Source: Eledone cirrhosa (Eukaryota). Taken from it: DNA of 64,000 nucleotides. The notes beneath the pieces were generated by a model that was given only the letters and a program-made list of their open reading frames with translations, made no database searches and had not been told where the DNA came from. Position numbers and translations under genes: made by a program. Of the stretch, positions 1-13,126 are shown piece by piece (the stretch's first letter is position 1; every line of letters starts with the position of its first letter). The DNA lies in the NCBI GenBank assembly GCA_964016885.1, contig OZ024742.1, positions 357,554,001-357,618,000 of the forward strand. Reading direction: 5' to 3'.

Positions 1-267
1 AATCATGCTATTACTTCTAAAATAGATAACATGGAAACAAAAACTTGAATAAATAATTGTTCTCCAATAATTTTGTTGAGTATTTGGTTGTACATATAAT
101 TTACATGGCTTAGTTTGTCTAACTATTGGAGATATATAGCAGATTACATGGGAATGGTACCTATGACAGATTGAGGTTCTGTGTCCAGGAAGATATAGTA
201 ATTATTTTCACTATAAAGGGTGCTCTTCCTCCTCCCCCTCCCCATCTTCGTAGTTGTCATTGTCAAC

Positions 268-323
<56 letters not shown>

Positions 324-392
324 TATTATCACTATCATTGTCAACTTCATCACCATCATTTCCATCCTCCTCCTCATCATCATCAACATCAC
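268..392. repeat. (CAT)n microsatellite, probably the tail of an old RTE LINE on the minus strand
   Basis: Pure (CAT)n at 268-322. It is followed at 460-535 by a degenerate copy of the RTE 3'UTR motif (ggatgcccttcctaacaccaacc) seen at 6090 and 22310. Confidence 0.8.
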
Positions 393-581
393 TGTAGATA
401 ACTATCAGGTACTGAGGCCAGACTGATAAGGTGACTAGTTCCTGCTACTACACTTTGATTTGGTTTGCTTTCTATGGCTGAATGCCCTACCAAACAGCAA
501 CCATTTTACAGCATGTACTGGGAGCATTTTCATAACTCAAACACCACCACCTGACAGGGAAAACTATGTACCTTTTAATAT

Positions 582-3320
582 GGCACCAGCACTAACCCCT
601 TAGAGGTTGAGCTGTATGCTTTTTGCTGTGGCACCAGAACTACCCCTTCAAGGTTGAGTTGCATGCTTTTTTTTGTGGCACCAGCACTACCCCCATCAAG
701 GTTGAGCTGCATGCTGTTTGTTGTGGCACCAGCACTACCCCCTTTACGGTTGAGGTGCATCCTTTTTGTTGTGACACCAGCACCCTTCAAGGTTGAGCTG
801 CATACTTTTTGTTGTGGCACCAGCACTACCCCCATCAAGGTTGAGCTGCATGCTGTTTGTTGTGGCAGCAGCACTACCCCTTTACGGTTGAGGTGCATCC
901 TTTTTGTTGTGGCACCAGCAATACCCCCTTCAATTTTGAGTTGTATGCTTTTTGTTGGTGCACCAGCACTACCTCCTTCAAGGTTGAGCTGAATGCTTTT
1001 TGTTGGTGCACCAGCAACACCCCCTTCAAGGTTGATCTGCATGCATTTTATTGGTGCACCAGCACTACCCCTTTCAAGGTTGAGCTGCATGCTTTTTGTT
1101 GGTGCCCCAGCACTATCCTTTTTAAGGTTGAGCTGTATGATTTTTGTTGGGGCACCAGCCCTACCCCCTTCAAGGTTGAGGTGCATGCTTTTTGTTGGTG
1201 CACCAGCACTACCCCATTCAAGGTTGAGCTGCATGCTTTTTGTTGGTACACCAGCACTACCCCCTTCAATGTTGAGCTGCATGCGTTTTGTTGGTGCACC
1301 AGCACTACACCCTTCAAGGTTGAGGTGCATGATATTTGTTGGTGCACCAGAACTACCTCCTTCAAGGTTGAGTTGTATGCTTTTTGTTGGTGCACCAGCA
1401 CTACCCACTTCAAGGTTGAGTTGTATGCTTTTTGTTGGTGCACCAGCACTACCCACTTCAAGGTTGAGTTGTATGCTTTTTGTTGGTGCACCAGCACTAG
1501 CCCCTTCAAGTTTGAGTTGTATGCTTTTTGTTGGTGCACCAGCACTACCTCCTTCAAGGTTGAGCTGCATGCTTTTTGTTGGTGCACCAGCACTACCCCA
1601 TTCAAGGTTAAGTTGTATGCTTTTTGCTGTGGCACCAGCACTACCTCCTTCAAGGTTGAGTTGTATGCTTTTTGTTGGGGCACCAGCACTGCCCCCTTCA
1701 AGGTTGAGTTGCATGCTTTTTTTGTTGCACCAGCACTACCCCCTTCAAGGTTGAGTTGTATGCTTTTTGTTGGTGCACCAGCACTATCCCATTACGGGTT
1801 GAGCTGCATGATTTTTGCTGTGGCACCAGCCCTACCCCCTTCAAGGTTGAGCTGCATGCGTTCTGTTGTGGCACCAGCACTACCCCCTTCAAGGTTGAGC
1901 TGCATGCTTTTTATTGTGGCACCATCACTACCCCTTGAAGGTTGAGTTGTATGCTTTTTGTTGGTGCCCAGCCCTATACCCTTACGGGTTGAGCTGTATG
2001 CTATTTGTTGTGGCACCAGCACTATCCCCTTCAAGGTTGAGTTGTATGCTTTTTGTTGGTGCACCAGCACTACCCCCTTCAAGGTTGAGCTGCAAGCCTT
2101 TTGTTGTGGCACCAGCACTACCCCCTTCAAGGTTGAGTTGTATGCTTTTTGTTGGTGCACCAACACTACCTCCTTCAAGGTTGAGCTGCATGCTTTTTGT
2201 TGGTGCACCAGCCCTATACCCTTACGGGTTGAGCTGCATGATTTTTGCTGTGGCACTAGCCCTACCCCCTTCAAGGTTGAGCTGCATGCTTTCTGTTGTG
2301 GCACCAGCACTACCCCCTTCAAGCTTGAGCTGCATGCCTTTTGTTGTGGCACCAGCACTACCCCCTTCAAGGTTGAGTTGTATGCTTTTTGTTGGTGCAC
2401 CAGCACTACCCACTTCAAGGTTGATCTGCATGCTTTTTGTTGGTGCACCAGCACTAACCCCTTCAAGGTTGAGCTGCATACTTTTTGTTGTGGCACCAGC
2501 ACTAACCCCTTCAAGGTTGAGCTGCATGCTTTTTGTTGTGGCACCAGCACTACCCCCTTCAAGGTTGAGTTGTATGCTTTTTGTTGGTGCACCAGCCCTA
2601 TCCCCTTCAAGGTTGAGTTGTATGCTTTTTGTTGGTGCACCAGCACTACCCCCTTCAAGGTTGAGTTGTATGCTTTTTATTGTGGCACCAGCACTACCCC
2701 CTTCAAGATTGAGCTGCATGCTTTTTGTTGGGGCACCAGCACTACCCCCTTCAAGGTTGAGTTGCATGCTTTTTGTTGGGGCACCAGCAATACCCCCTTC
2801 AAGTTTGAGCTGCATGCTTTTTGTTGGTGCACCAGCACTACCCCCTTCAAGTTTGAGTTGCATGCTTTTTGTTGGGGCACCAGCACTACCCCCTTCAAGG
2901 TTGAGCTGCATGCTTTTTGTTGGGGCACCAGCACTACCCCCTTCAAGGTTGAGTTGCATGCTTTTTGTTGGGGCACCAGCACTACCCCCTTCAAGATTGA
3001 GCTGCATGCTTTTTGTTGGGGCACCAGCACTACCCCCTTCAAGGTTGAGTTGCATGCTTTTTGTTGGGGCACCAGCAATACCCCCTTCAAGTTTGAGCTG
3101 CATGCTTTTTGTTGGTGCACCAGCACTACCCCCTTCAAGTTTGAGTTGCATGCTTTTTGTTGGGGCACCAGCACTACCCCCTTCAAGGTTGAGCTGCATG
3201 CTTTTTGTTGGGACACCAGCACTACCCCCTTCAAGTTTGAGCTGCATGCTTTCTGTTGGGGCACCAGCACTACCCCCTTCAACATTGAGTTGTATGCTTT
3301 TTGTTGGGGTACCAGCACAA
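582..3320. repeat. 48-bp minisatellite, about 57 copies (consensus ggcaccagcactacccccttcaaggttgagctgcatgctttttgttgt)
   Basis: Direct tandem periodicity. The 16-aa repeats in all ORF-track frames (e.g. MQLNLEGGSAGAPTKS) are a by-product. Confidence 0.97.
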
Positions 3321-6002
3321 TCTCATTACAACATTAAGGTACTCAGTGTTCTCGGTGTTACTAGGGAGGCATTGGTGGATCTTTTTGTCTAGGGAACAGA
3401 CAACACACTACTGGTTGGTTGCAGGTCATAGTGATTGTGAAGCAAGTGGTTGGTGTCTAACATGTTGTAAGGGTTCTAGATTTTCTTGATGGTCAAAAAT
3501 GGATTTTTGTATGGTGTTTCCTTGGTGGGGGCAATAACACATTCTTTGAATATAATCACAGTTAATTGAACTTTGTTCCACCAGTAATATTAATATTACA
3601 AGATTCCACTTGTAGGTGTACAGTTTATGTACAGCCCTCCACACACTTCCTCAGACGATTTCACCTGTAATCTTTCTTTAGACATAACATACGCATACAT
3701 ATGTGTGTGTTTATGTATGTGTGTATGTGTGTGTGTATGTATATGTGTGTATGTGTATGCATGTGTATGTGTGTATGCATGTGTGTGTGTGTATATAAGT
3801 GATGAATTCCACACTGTGAACTGACAAATAACTTGTCAGCCTGTAATAATTGTATGGACCAATGGCAGAGGCTCCATATTGTCACATGACCTAGTGTAAA
3901 TAGTAGTCAAAACTTATTTGAACAACATCCTAACAAATTAAACCTTTTAATACTAAACTACCTGAAACAACCCTGGGTCTATGGTGAAAAATGTTATATT
4001 CAAATGTTCCTCCTTCTATCATAATTTTATGTAAGAACTTTTGTTAAGATTATGGTAAATGGTAATGGTAGTTCCAACATATGATTAAATATATACATTT
4101 TAGTGATTTCAAATTAAATTGTCTTAAGTGTGAGTGTGTCTGTGAAACTTATACATACACACCAGGTCAGAACACAAAGGAACCAAACTCCCACTGTCTC
4201 TGTCTCCATCTCACCTGTACTCACCATCTCTCACTATTAAGAGCAAATGTTCCAAAAACCAAGTTAATCCCGTGAAAGTTAGTTATATTACTAAATCTCT
4301 CCAAATTCTTGGTTATATTCAAGATTATTTTAACTACATAGGTAGTGTCTGTCATTAGAAATATGGGAACAAATGTGTTTAAAAAGACACAATATATGTA
4401 TACACTCTTTCTAATGAATTAAAATACTGGCTAAACAAAATGTAATAGCTGGAAAGCATTTGAAACAAGACAGGGGCAGATTAAGTTATTTTAAGGACTG
4501 AAATACTTAGATGATGGTGCACTTTATTGTTTATTGTGTTTTATTATGTATGTGACCGACACTGACACCCCTTCAGTTCGTTGGGAAATTGTGGCGCAAA
4601 TATGTTGGGGACTGCTGATAGACAGGACTCATTTCTGCTCTCTCTGCAGTCTGAGTTCAAATTTTGCCAAGGCCAACTCTGCTTTTCATCCTTTCAAGGT
4701 TGATAAAATATGCTAATTCAGTAGAGGAGGTGATTCCTCCCTCTGTATCTCTTTCTCACTTCCTCTCTCTCCCCTCCTGGAAGAAATTGGCTGCATTCAG
4801 AGGTGGAAAGGGGATGGACTCTACCAAGTCAAAGGTGCCCGAGATATACCATATGTCACTATGGTACCCCTTCAACTTCACCAGAAGTTATGGGTTCAAA
4901 CATACATACTTATACTATTACTATGGCTAAATGTACTATAAGGAAGAATGAAATCATTACTGAATATAACTACAATTTTATATGGCTTAAGTCCTTTCAG
5001 CTGTTATTGACTGAAGTTGTGTTGAAGCAGTGTATCAGGTCTGTATGATATAGCAAGTTAATATAATGTACTAAGAGAAAGAATAGAGAAAGTCTAGGTG
5101 AATTGTGAATTGTTTGAATAAAATAAATGGTGTACAATTGAATGAAATATAAATAAAAATGGAAAGAATAGAAGCAAAGTAGCTCCATTCTTTCTTTTCA
5201 ATTATACACAGAGCTAGGAAATGAAAAACTTATTGGTTTTAATACATCACTTTTAAGATTAGCTGAGTGAGTGATATGACATAGAAGTGTAATATTATTG
5301 GCATTATTCATCTCTCACTTAATAATTTATAATATGACAGCTAAAATGCTTTTGTGGAACATTATTTGTGGAATTTTGAGGTATAGGCTGGGAAGTTAAG
5401 GAAGACAGTATTGAGAAAACAATGTCAATCGTGATTTGTAACTGTTGTTGGTACTTAATTAACCAGTGATGAAATGCAATAAAAATGTCCTGGCAAATCA
5501 TTGAGATGGGACATTACGAAGAGTCTAACAGCTGCTGGTTTTTAGGAAGCTTCTCAGGTGGCACAACATTTATTAAGTAGAACTCATGAATATAATCTGA
5601 AAATTGGTTTTTTTCACACAATGTCTTTACACTCAAATAATGCAAGACTGAAAAGAATGTAAAGGATTTGTGGATGTTACATTATTTTAAGTGTTAGTAT
5701 ATTTGCACGTAAATATGCTTGTATTGATATTAAGAATGTATGGAAAGTAGATAGTAACCTCTTAATGAGAAAGTATGCAAATAAATCTTGTTTTTCAGGC
5801 TTAGAGAATTAAAAATATCCTATTTTATAGTCATACACGTACACACATTATTCTTTGCACTGAAATAGTCACTTACTACTCTGGAATTTCCCTAATATGT
5901 AGTCAGATTATATATATGAACCTGATATAACTGTGTAATCTTGCCTCCTGGGTTTCGTTTTATTTACTCTATTAACCATATATATATATATATATATATA
6001 TA

Positions 6003-6180
6003 TCATCATCATCATCATCATTTTATGTTCACTTTTTCCCTGCTTGCAAGGGTGGGACAGGAACTGATTCTGGCTTGATTTCTACAGCTGGATGCCCTTC
6101 CTAACACCAACCTCATTTACAGTGAGTGCTGGGTGCATTTTTTGCTGTGGCACCTCCACGACCACTTTGCAGTGGAATGA
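6003..6180 (-). mobile_element. RTE LINE 3'-end fragment with (CAT)n tail (other copies about 8600-8818 +, 20190-20350 -, 63810-64000 -)
   Basis: Shares ggatgcccttcctaacaccaacc...ttacagtg with the 3'UTR of the RTE at 22186-24575. Confidence 0.75.
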
Positions 6181-6184
6181 TAGG

Positions 6185-6340
6185 GACCCCAGTCTCTATC
6201 ATCTTATTTCTAATGCTGAGTAAACTGGAGCAATAAAGTGCCTTGCTCAAAGAAACAACACATCACCCGGTCTGAGAATTGAACTCACAACCTTTCGATT
6301 GCAAGGCCAATGCTCTAACCACTAAGCCATGTGCCTTCAT
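6185..6340 (-). mobile_element. tRNA-derived SINE, family B
   Basis: Reverse complement of 12393-12560: A box tggcttagtgg, B box gagttcaattc, core cttgagcaag. Confidence 0.75.
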
Positions 6341-6348
6341 TATATATA

Positions 6349-6526
6349 TTGGCAGTATCAGTAGAGGGTCAGACGCCATGCTTTCCAGCATAGTTACGTC
6401 CCTTTACGATCTGAGTTCAAATCCCACCGAGGTTGACTTTGCCTTTCATCCTTACGGGGTCGATAAAATAAAGTACCAGTAATGCACTGGTTAATTGCTT
6501 GCCTTGTGCCAAAAGTAGAAACAATT
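6349..6526 (+). mobile_element. tRNA-derived SINE, family A
   Basis: B box gagttcaaatcc, then gactttgcctttcatcc...gtcgataaaataaagtaccag. Near-identical to 38067-38250 (-) and 63408-63595 (+); degenerate copies about 4640, 10478, 12005, 13770. Confidence 0.8.
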
Positions 6527-6558
6527 ATATATATATATATATATAAATATATATATAA

Positions 6559-6753
6559 TAGGAGAGAGTATGACCCTGACGGCAGAGCTCAAGTCGATTC
6601 GACGGTTATTTCAGTCCAGAAATAGCCGTGGAAACAGCTTGAGCTCTGCCGTCGGGGTCATACTCTCTCCTATTACCCACTCTCCTACCCTAAGTATTAA
6701 GTACTCTGGTTCGTTATGGTCCATCTGGTTCCTTACCAAAACTCCTCCATTAA
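6559..6753 (+). mobile_element. Short (TA)n-inserted PLE-type fragment with a terminal fold-back and the 3' half of a hammerhead
   Basis: About 55-bp inverted arms at 6559-6672; GAAA-CAGC...GCCG-TC-GGGGTC. Homologous to 32008-32197 and 49760-49958. Confidence 0.75.
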
Positions 6754-6834
6754 ATATATATATAAATATATAATAATAATAATAAATTTGATAAGGATAA
6801 ATATATATCAAATATATAAGAACCGTAGAGCAAA

Positions 6835-7310
6835 TATTTATTAAAATAACAGATTAAAGTTTAAGCAAAGAATCGCTGCTTTCAGCCTTAACGGGATCTT
6901 CTGAAATTAAAAAAAGTCAATCTGTAAACGCAGAAGTGGATATTTCAAAAAAACGTTGCAACCAGAGGAAGACAGGAAGACGATACTTTGGTTCGTGGAA
7001 ACGTTCTCTGGCAAAGAACGGGAAAATACGAAGATAATGCGTCATTATTTGGAGTGGTGAAAAACAATTATACGCAAAGACAAAACCACGTTTATGGTAT
7101 AAAAGAAGTTGTAGACTAATATTCTATTAGATGGTTCATAGAGACGTTCTCTGGCAATGAACGGAAATAACGAAGATAATACGTCATTATGTGGAGCGAG
7201 AAGAACAATTGCACGCAAAGACAAAACCACGTAAATGGTATAACTGAAGTCGTAGACTAAAATTCTAACTCGGAGACTGAATGATTCTCAGCTTCAGAGT
7301 TAAGAATAAA
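6835..7310. repeat. Non-coding (TA)n-associated repeat with an internal duplication of about 140 bp; second copy inverted at 26612-26905
   Basis: 7002-7125 is repeated at 7144-7265. The reverse complement matches 26612-26905. Confidence 0.7.
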
Positions 7311-7466
7311 GTAAATAAAATACAGAGGTAATTGAAATCAATTAAATACATACACACATCCATATACGTACATACACAAGCATACGCGAAAACACTCGCC
7401 ATAGGTATACAAATACAAGCACGTACACACAAAAAACCCGCACGCACATACAGAACCCACGTAACC

Positions 7467-8437
7467 TAGGCAATAACAGAGGAGTTTAAGACCGGATGCC
7501 CATGGGAACTCCTGTATGCAGATGACCTCGCACTTATAGCTGAATCTATGGTAGAACTAGAGAAGAAATTCCAAACTTGGAAGCAGAGACTAGAAAGAAA
7601 GGGTCTCAAAGGCAACCTGACAAAGACTAAGGTCCTTATATGTAGACGAGAAAACAGAACCCATATCCCCTCAGGGAAATAGCCTTGCTCAGTATGTGGA
7701 CATGTCCACAAAGTCAGAAAACAGCACAGTTCCCATGACTTTCGGAAACATCTTTTTCATGCTGAGTGTTGCTGAAGCATGGAACAAACTACCTGCATCA
7801 GTTGTTAGCTGTCGAGACTCTGCATCCTTTAAAACCTCCATGCTTCCCGAGATTCACCAACACTACACCTAACGTTCCCCCTCCACACATATGCACACAT
7901 GTATATCATGACTCATACACTGTTCACTTCCCTGACATTTGTATATTATTCTATGTACTATACATGCACCTTTGACGAGTTGTAGTGCACCTGAGCACTT
8001 TACACAATAATTTCATTATTATTATTATTATAAAGGTAGGAACTCCATTCTCTGCCCCAAATACAAACAATGGGTACACAAGAGATGTAGCGGGATCTCA
8101 GGAAGCTTAACTAAGAATGTAGGCTTCACATGTATCAGATGTGCTGGGACAGCAAGCAGCAAACAGCCACAGGAAACAACGACCACCAAACTCTGGGAGG
8201 GCTCTGTAGAAACAGTAGACAGCTTCTACTATCTAAGTGACCAAATTAGCAGTGGAGGTGGGTGTTCGGAAAGTACTATAACTAGCATAAGAACGGGATG
8301 GAAGAAGTTCAGGGAGCTACTGCCACTGCTAGCTGCAAAATGCTTTTCCCTCAAAATGAAAGGCAGACTGATTGATGTGTGTATACGAACAGCAATGTTA
8401 CATGGTAGTGAGACCTGGGCGCTGTCTGTGGAAGACT
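7467..8437 (+). pseudogene. RTE-clade LINE reverse transcriptase fragment, interrupted by a CR1-like insertion
   Basis: Translates AITEEFKTGCPWELLYADDLALIAES, then resumes at about 8031 (GRNSILCPK...YLSDQISSGGGCSES...LHGSETW). Contains stops. Confidence 0.85.
7705..8030 (+). mobile_element. CR1/L2-like LINE 3' fragment with (TTA)n tail nested in the RTE
   Basis: FFMLSVAEAWNKLPASVV...SFKT resembles the CR1 ORF2 C-terminus. Ends in a (tta)n tail. Confidence 0.65.
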
Positions 8438-8526
8438 TCGACTGGCAACTGCTCTGCTTAATCAGCTCTTAAACATCACTGGAATTCTATAAGAATCAAG
8501 CTTCGATAAGTCTCAGTAGAAGCGGA

Positions 8527-8583
8527 GGGATAAGCAATCTTGAAAACCGTTAACAAACGAGAAACATCTGTCGGTTGCATCCC
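8527..8583 (+). ncRNA. Type I hammerhead ribozyme, U3-A8 core variant
   Basis: GCAATC-TTGAAAA-C-CGTT aaca AACG-A-GAAA-CA tc TG-TC-GGTTGC: 6-bp stem I extended by GGGAT/ATCCC, GUC site at 8570-8572. Confidence 0.8.
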
Positions 8584-9494
8584 TTTATTTTTGCCGAGAG
8601 GAGCCACGTGGAGGTGCCACGGCAAAAAAGCACCCAGCACTCACTGTAAATGAGGTTGGTGTTAGGAAGGGCATCCAGCTGTAGAAATCAAGCCAGAATC
8701 AGTTCCCGTATGAGCAAGAGAAGGTTAGCCGACCGGACACTGCCCACAACAGGACAACCCATCTAACCCATGCTAGCGTGGAAGAATGGATGTAAAACGT
8801 TGATGATCATGATGATGATATATATATACGGTGGTTGTGGTGATCGTGGTGGTTGTGGTGTTGGCAGAGAAATATTTGTAAAATAAAAACTAGATAATTG
8901 CTTCAAGACATACAATTTTATATTGATTCCATCTACGTCAAATGAACATTTTAGAATTTCAATGTTTAATCTATTTCTGTCTTTGATTTGCCAACTTCTG
9001 AAGCTGGATCTACATATTGTTCTACAAGTGTATGATCATTATACATGTGTTGCTGAAATAGAGTGATACTTGATTTTAGAATCGGTATATTATATTATAA
9101 TAGTCTGTCTCAAGCCAGGGGGTTCATTGGGCCAGTGCTTATTCCGGTTTCCACAGTTTGAAGCAACTGAGAATACAAGATTACCCCCTGGAGAGGATGT
9201 CAGTCCATCACAAGGTTAAACTCCAGCTACTGCTGGTACTCATTTTTAGCCCTGTATACTGGAGCAACATGAAATGAAGTGTTTTGCTCAAGAACACAAT
9301 ACACAAACCAGTCAAGGAATCAAACCCATGGCATTATGACCGTAAGTTCAATACCCTTACCATAAAGCCATAAAACTTTATTATGTTGTAAAGTCAACTA
9401 AAGTGCTTGACATCAGAAAGGACATTTGACCTTAAAATCTGTTACAAAATGTGTCGTCTGAACCATGATTTTGTATACAGTTTAATTCTAACAC

Positions 9495-9848
9495 TTCATT
9501 GGATGTGCAATGTGTGAGAGAAAGGCAGAGCTTGGATGAACTGAGGGAAAAACTGGGTTTAAGAAGAATCCGAGGTGGTGTGTAAGAGAGAAGACTGCAT
9601 TGGTATGGACATGTGATGCACATGGACTTTGATCAATGTGTGAAGAAGTGCCAGGAAATGACAGTAGAGGTACACTGAGAAAGACCTAGGTAGAGGTGTT
9701 GAGAGCTGACCTCAAATCGCAGAGACTCACATAGGAAATGACAAAGGCATATTTTATTTGGAGAGATGCTTTGCTGAAAAAGACCCATCCAACACATGCA
9801 AGCATGGAAAGACGGATGTAAATCGACGATGATGATGAGGATGATGAC
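9495..9848 (+). mobile_element. Degenerate RTE LINE 3' end
   Basis: ELREKLGLRRIR...RLHWYGHVMHM, followed by catgcaagcatggaaagacggatg and (GAT)n. Confidence 0.7.
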
Positions 9849-10427
9849 ATCAGCTATAATATTTTTGATGCCATATGCTTTAATATTTATTTGTTTTGCA
9901 CTGCATCAGTCCTGGTCAAGCAGTCTAATGCGGAAAGACATTCAAGCCATGATCATCTTGTTTAGTTTCAGGAATATTATAAACTTCAATACATTATCTA
10001 CAGTGTAATCCTTTATGGCAGAAAAGTGTGATTTGAGAGGGTTATGACAACTATTTCTAGCAGGCCAATTACCACATAGATGGTCTGTTTGCCTTGTTAT
10101 TTTAGAAGTGTGTACAGACTTACTACAGCAATTGAATTGATTTCACTTTGAAAGAAAGGAATCCCCTGTTTTATGGTGTGTAGATCTCAAAAGTATTTCT
10201 TAGTAGTTTGCTCTTACTTTGATCTTTCTCTCATATTTACTTTCATCAATATGATATAAGGCATATATAGATAAATAGCTTCTTTTGAAGACTCTTATCA
10301 TTTCGCATGACAGAATTTAATTCCATTTTTTTTTTTTTAAGTTGTAAAGCTAGAATTATAGTATTCTCATTTGTAATTATGTTATGAAACTTCAGGTCAA
10401 CCTTGCAGCACCTTCCAAGTTTCATCG

Positions 10428-10475
<48 letters not shown>

Positions 10476-11070
10476 GGGCGTTGGATTGGCTTCGCAACAT
10501 TTTTAGAGCATCGTACAAAATGCTTTGCGATGTTTAGTTATGATTTTTTATATTCTGAGTTCAAACCTCTGCAAGGCCAACTTTGCCTTTTATCGTTTAA
10601 GCACCAGTAATGCACTGGGGTAAATTTTATCGATTTTCCCCTTCACTTCAAATTACTGGCCTTGTGCCAAAATTAGAAACAATTATTATTATCACTTTGT
10701 ATTAGAGCAGTGGATTGAGATTATCACAAGAACATTGGATAAAGATTACCTTTCCTTTCCCTGAAGTTTCTGGCTCTGTGTAACTGTTAGAAACAAATAT
10801 TATTAACTAATATATATTAGTCTGAAGGCACATGGCTGAGTAAGGTTTTGTGTTCGATTACTGGACCGGGCAATGCGTTATGTCCTTAAGCAAAAATCTT
10901 TATTTCATGCTGTTCATTCTGCATGGATTTGCAACCGGTAGATAGTATTAGCAATTGGAAAGACCAATGGAAACATTGTTTCCTTGGTCTGATTTGATGA
11001 GCTCTATCCCACTCGTTATGAAAAGGATGTCTGGGATGTTGTCAACTGACTGTTTTTATATCTATCTATC

Positions 11071-11600
11071 TAGGGCGGGTAATATTCCCGAAATCCATGG
11101 ATGAGTTCTCTCCAGCGGTCTCTGTCCCTCATCATCGCTGCCATGTCCTACATCTCCCAGAGACCAGTGTCTGTCCTTAGGGCATCAACATATGTCAACC
11201 TCGGTCTTCCTCTTCCAGCGTGTCCATGCAGTGTCAACTCTGGATGTCGGTGAGTATGTCCAGCTAACCTCAGTCTCCCTACCTTTTTATCATTGCAGTG
11301 GACTATTGTATGCACCTTGTGCTGGAGAAACACCAGGACTCTGGCTTTACTGTAACACTGGCTCAGAGCAGGAGAGTTAAGGCAAAAAGGATATTGGATG
11401 CTGAATTTGCTAACGACATATTTCTGGTGACAAACACAGTGAAGGAGGCAGAGGAGTTGATGCAGGAGGTGGAGACTGTGTTGATGAGTGTGGGGCTGAG
11501 AACAAATGAGACTAAAACGACGTATCTGGTAGAGAAATATTAAGAAGCCAGAAAAGATTACTAATGAAGGTGGGAACCTCCTGGAATTGGTTGAGGGCTT
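11071..11600. mobile_element. RTE-like LINE fragment with internal inversion
   Basis: 11071-11280 is the reverse complement of 33620-33857 ([20 protein letters not shown]). 11300-11600 (+) encodes a degenerate FADD region (EFANDIFL). Confidence 0.7.
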
Positions 11601-12392
11601 CCTGTTTTTATGTATTTGTTATTAACCTGTATGGATCCAACTCACGGTGAGTGTGGGAAGGGCTGCTAAGTTTTACTGGATGAAAAATGTTTTATTTTGC
11701 AATATCTGAGATAAAAGTAAAGTCTGTTTTTCACACATTTCATTTTAATATCTATAGTAAATATCTTATGTGAGGTGTGGTAAGAGGTATAAATACAAGA
11801 GGAGGTAGCACAACAAATGCTGAATCAAAATAAAAACCAAAATAATATTCTGTACTCAATAGATACTGAAAGGAGTTTAACAAATGACAAATATTGTTTA
11901 AAAAAGGACAAACACAAAAAACGATATTGAAACAAATACTGAAATATATAGATAACAGCCACAATCTTATGCCTGAAGATGATGATTTTGATAACATGTC
12001 CTTCACATTCAGAGTTCAAATCCTGCTCCGGTTAGCTTTGCCTTTCATCCTTATGGGCTCAATAAAATAAAGTACGAATTTCCACTCCCCAAAAACTATT
12101 GGCCTTGTGCCTATTTATTTATTTATTCAATTTAAATGTCCATATAGAGCTAGTAAGCCATGGCAGACTAGGGGAAGTATTGAGTACTCCTTACAGTTGG
12201 TAATGAAAAAAAACTAGTGAGACAAGTAATAAATCAGAAATCATTAATAAGGGCCATAACAATAAAAACGAACACACATACAAACTTTGACACTTACACA
12301 GGCACAAACGTTGTTCACTATTGTAGCATTCCATACTGAATGTTTAGATTTGGTGAAAGTGAAGTCAAAACAAACCAATGGCTGCAGTTGTG

Positions 12393-12560
12393 AAGGTGCA
12401 TGGCTTAGTGGTTAGAGCATTGGGTGTGCAATCGAAAGGTTGTGAGTTCAATTCTCGGACAGGGTGATGCATTGTTTCCTTGAGCAAGACACTTTATTTC
12501 ACGTTGCTCCAGTTTACTCAGCTGTAGAAATGAAATGATAGGACTGGGGTCCCTATCATT
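12393..12560 (+). mobile_element. tRNA-derived SINE, family B (also about 20350-20505 -, and related heads at 10825 and 61645)
   Basis: A box tggcttagtggtta, B box gagttcaattc, core ccttgagcaagacacttt. Confidence 0.8.
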
Positions 12561-12931
12561 AAATCACCCAAGACACCTCTGAGATATACCATGGAGGAGG
12601 CCAGCTAAACCTGCATAAGTGTGAGCTGTCACACACACAAACACAATGGTTGCAGTGTATTCAACGAAATTGTGTCTCCTTGCCTAAAGAGTATATTTAG
12701 AATTAAGCCTAGAGAAAAGTGATTTATCTTTGTTCCAAAATGAATTTAAACCACCTGGACTGAGATTTTAGATATACAAAAAAAAAGCAAATTCTATGGG
12801 ACCATCTGCTTTACTTTTGAGAAAGATGCTACAATTCCACCATCTATTGAGTACCTCTCCACCTCCTTCATTAATGATGACGAGGAGAAAATTGAGGTTG
12901 AGGAATGCCAGCAGTCTTTTATATCAGGGGT

Positions 12932-13126
12932 AGAAAAGAAAAGAAAAGAAAAGAAAAGAAAAGAAAAGAAAAGAAAAGAAAAGAAAAGAAAAGAAAAGAA
13001 AAGAAAAGAAAAGAAAGGAAAAGAAAAGAAAAGAAAAGAAAAGAAAAGAAAAGAAAAGAAAAGAAAAGAAAAGAAAAGAAAAGAAAAGAAAAGAAAAGAA
13101 AAGAAAAGAAAAGAAAAGAAAAGAAA
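12932..13126. repeat. (AAAAG)n pentanucleotide microsatellite
   Basis: About 39 near-perfect units. Confidence 0.97.

Noticed and set aside
575-3392. Long repetitive ORFs (up to 492 aa) on both strands
   Set aside because: Open in several frames because the 48-bp unit lacks stops. No unique coding flanks or splice context. It is also not CRISPR, as there are no unique spacers.
12393-12470. tRNA gene
   Set aside because: A and B boxes are present but there is no full cloverleaf, and the sequence continues into a multi-copy SINE body.
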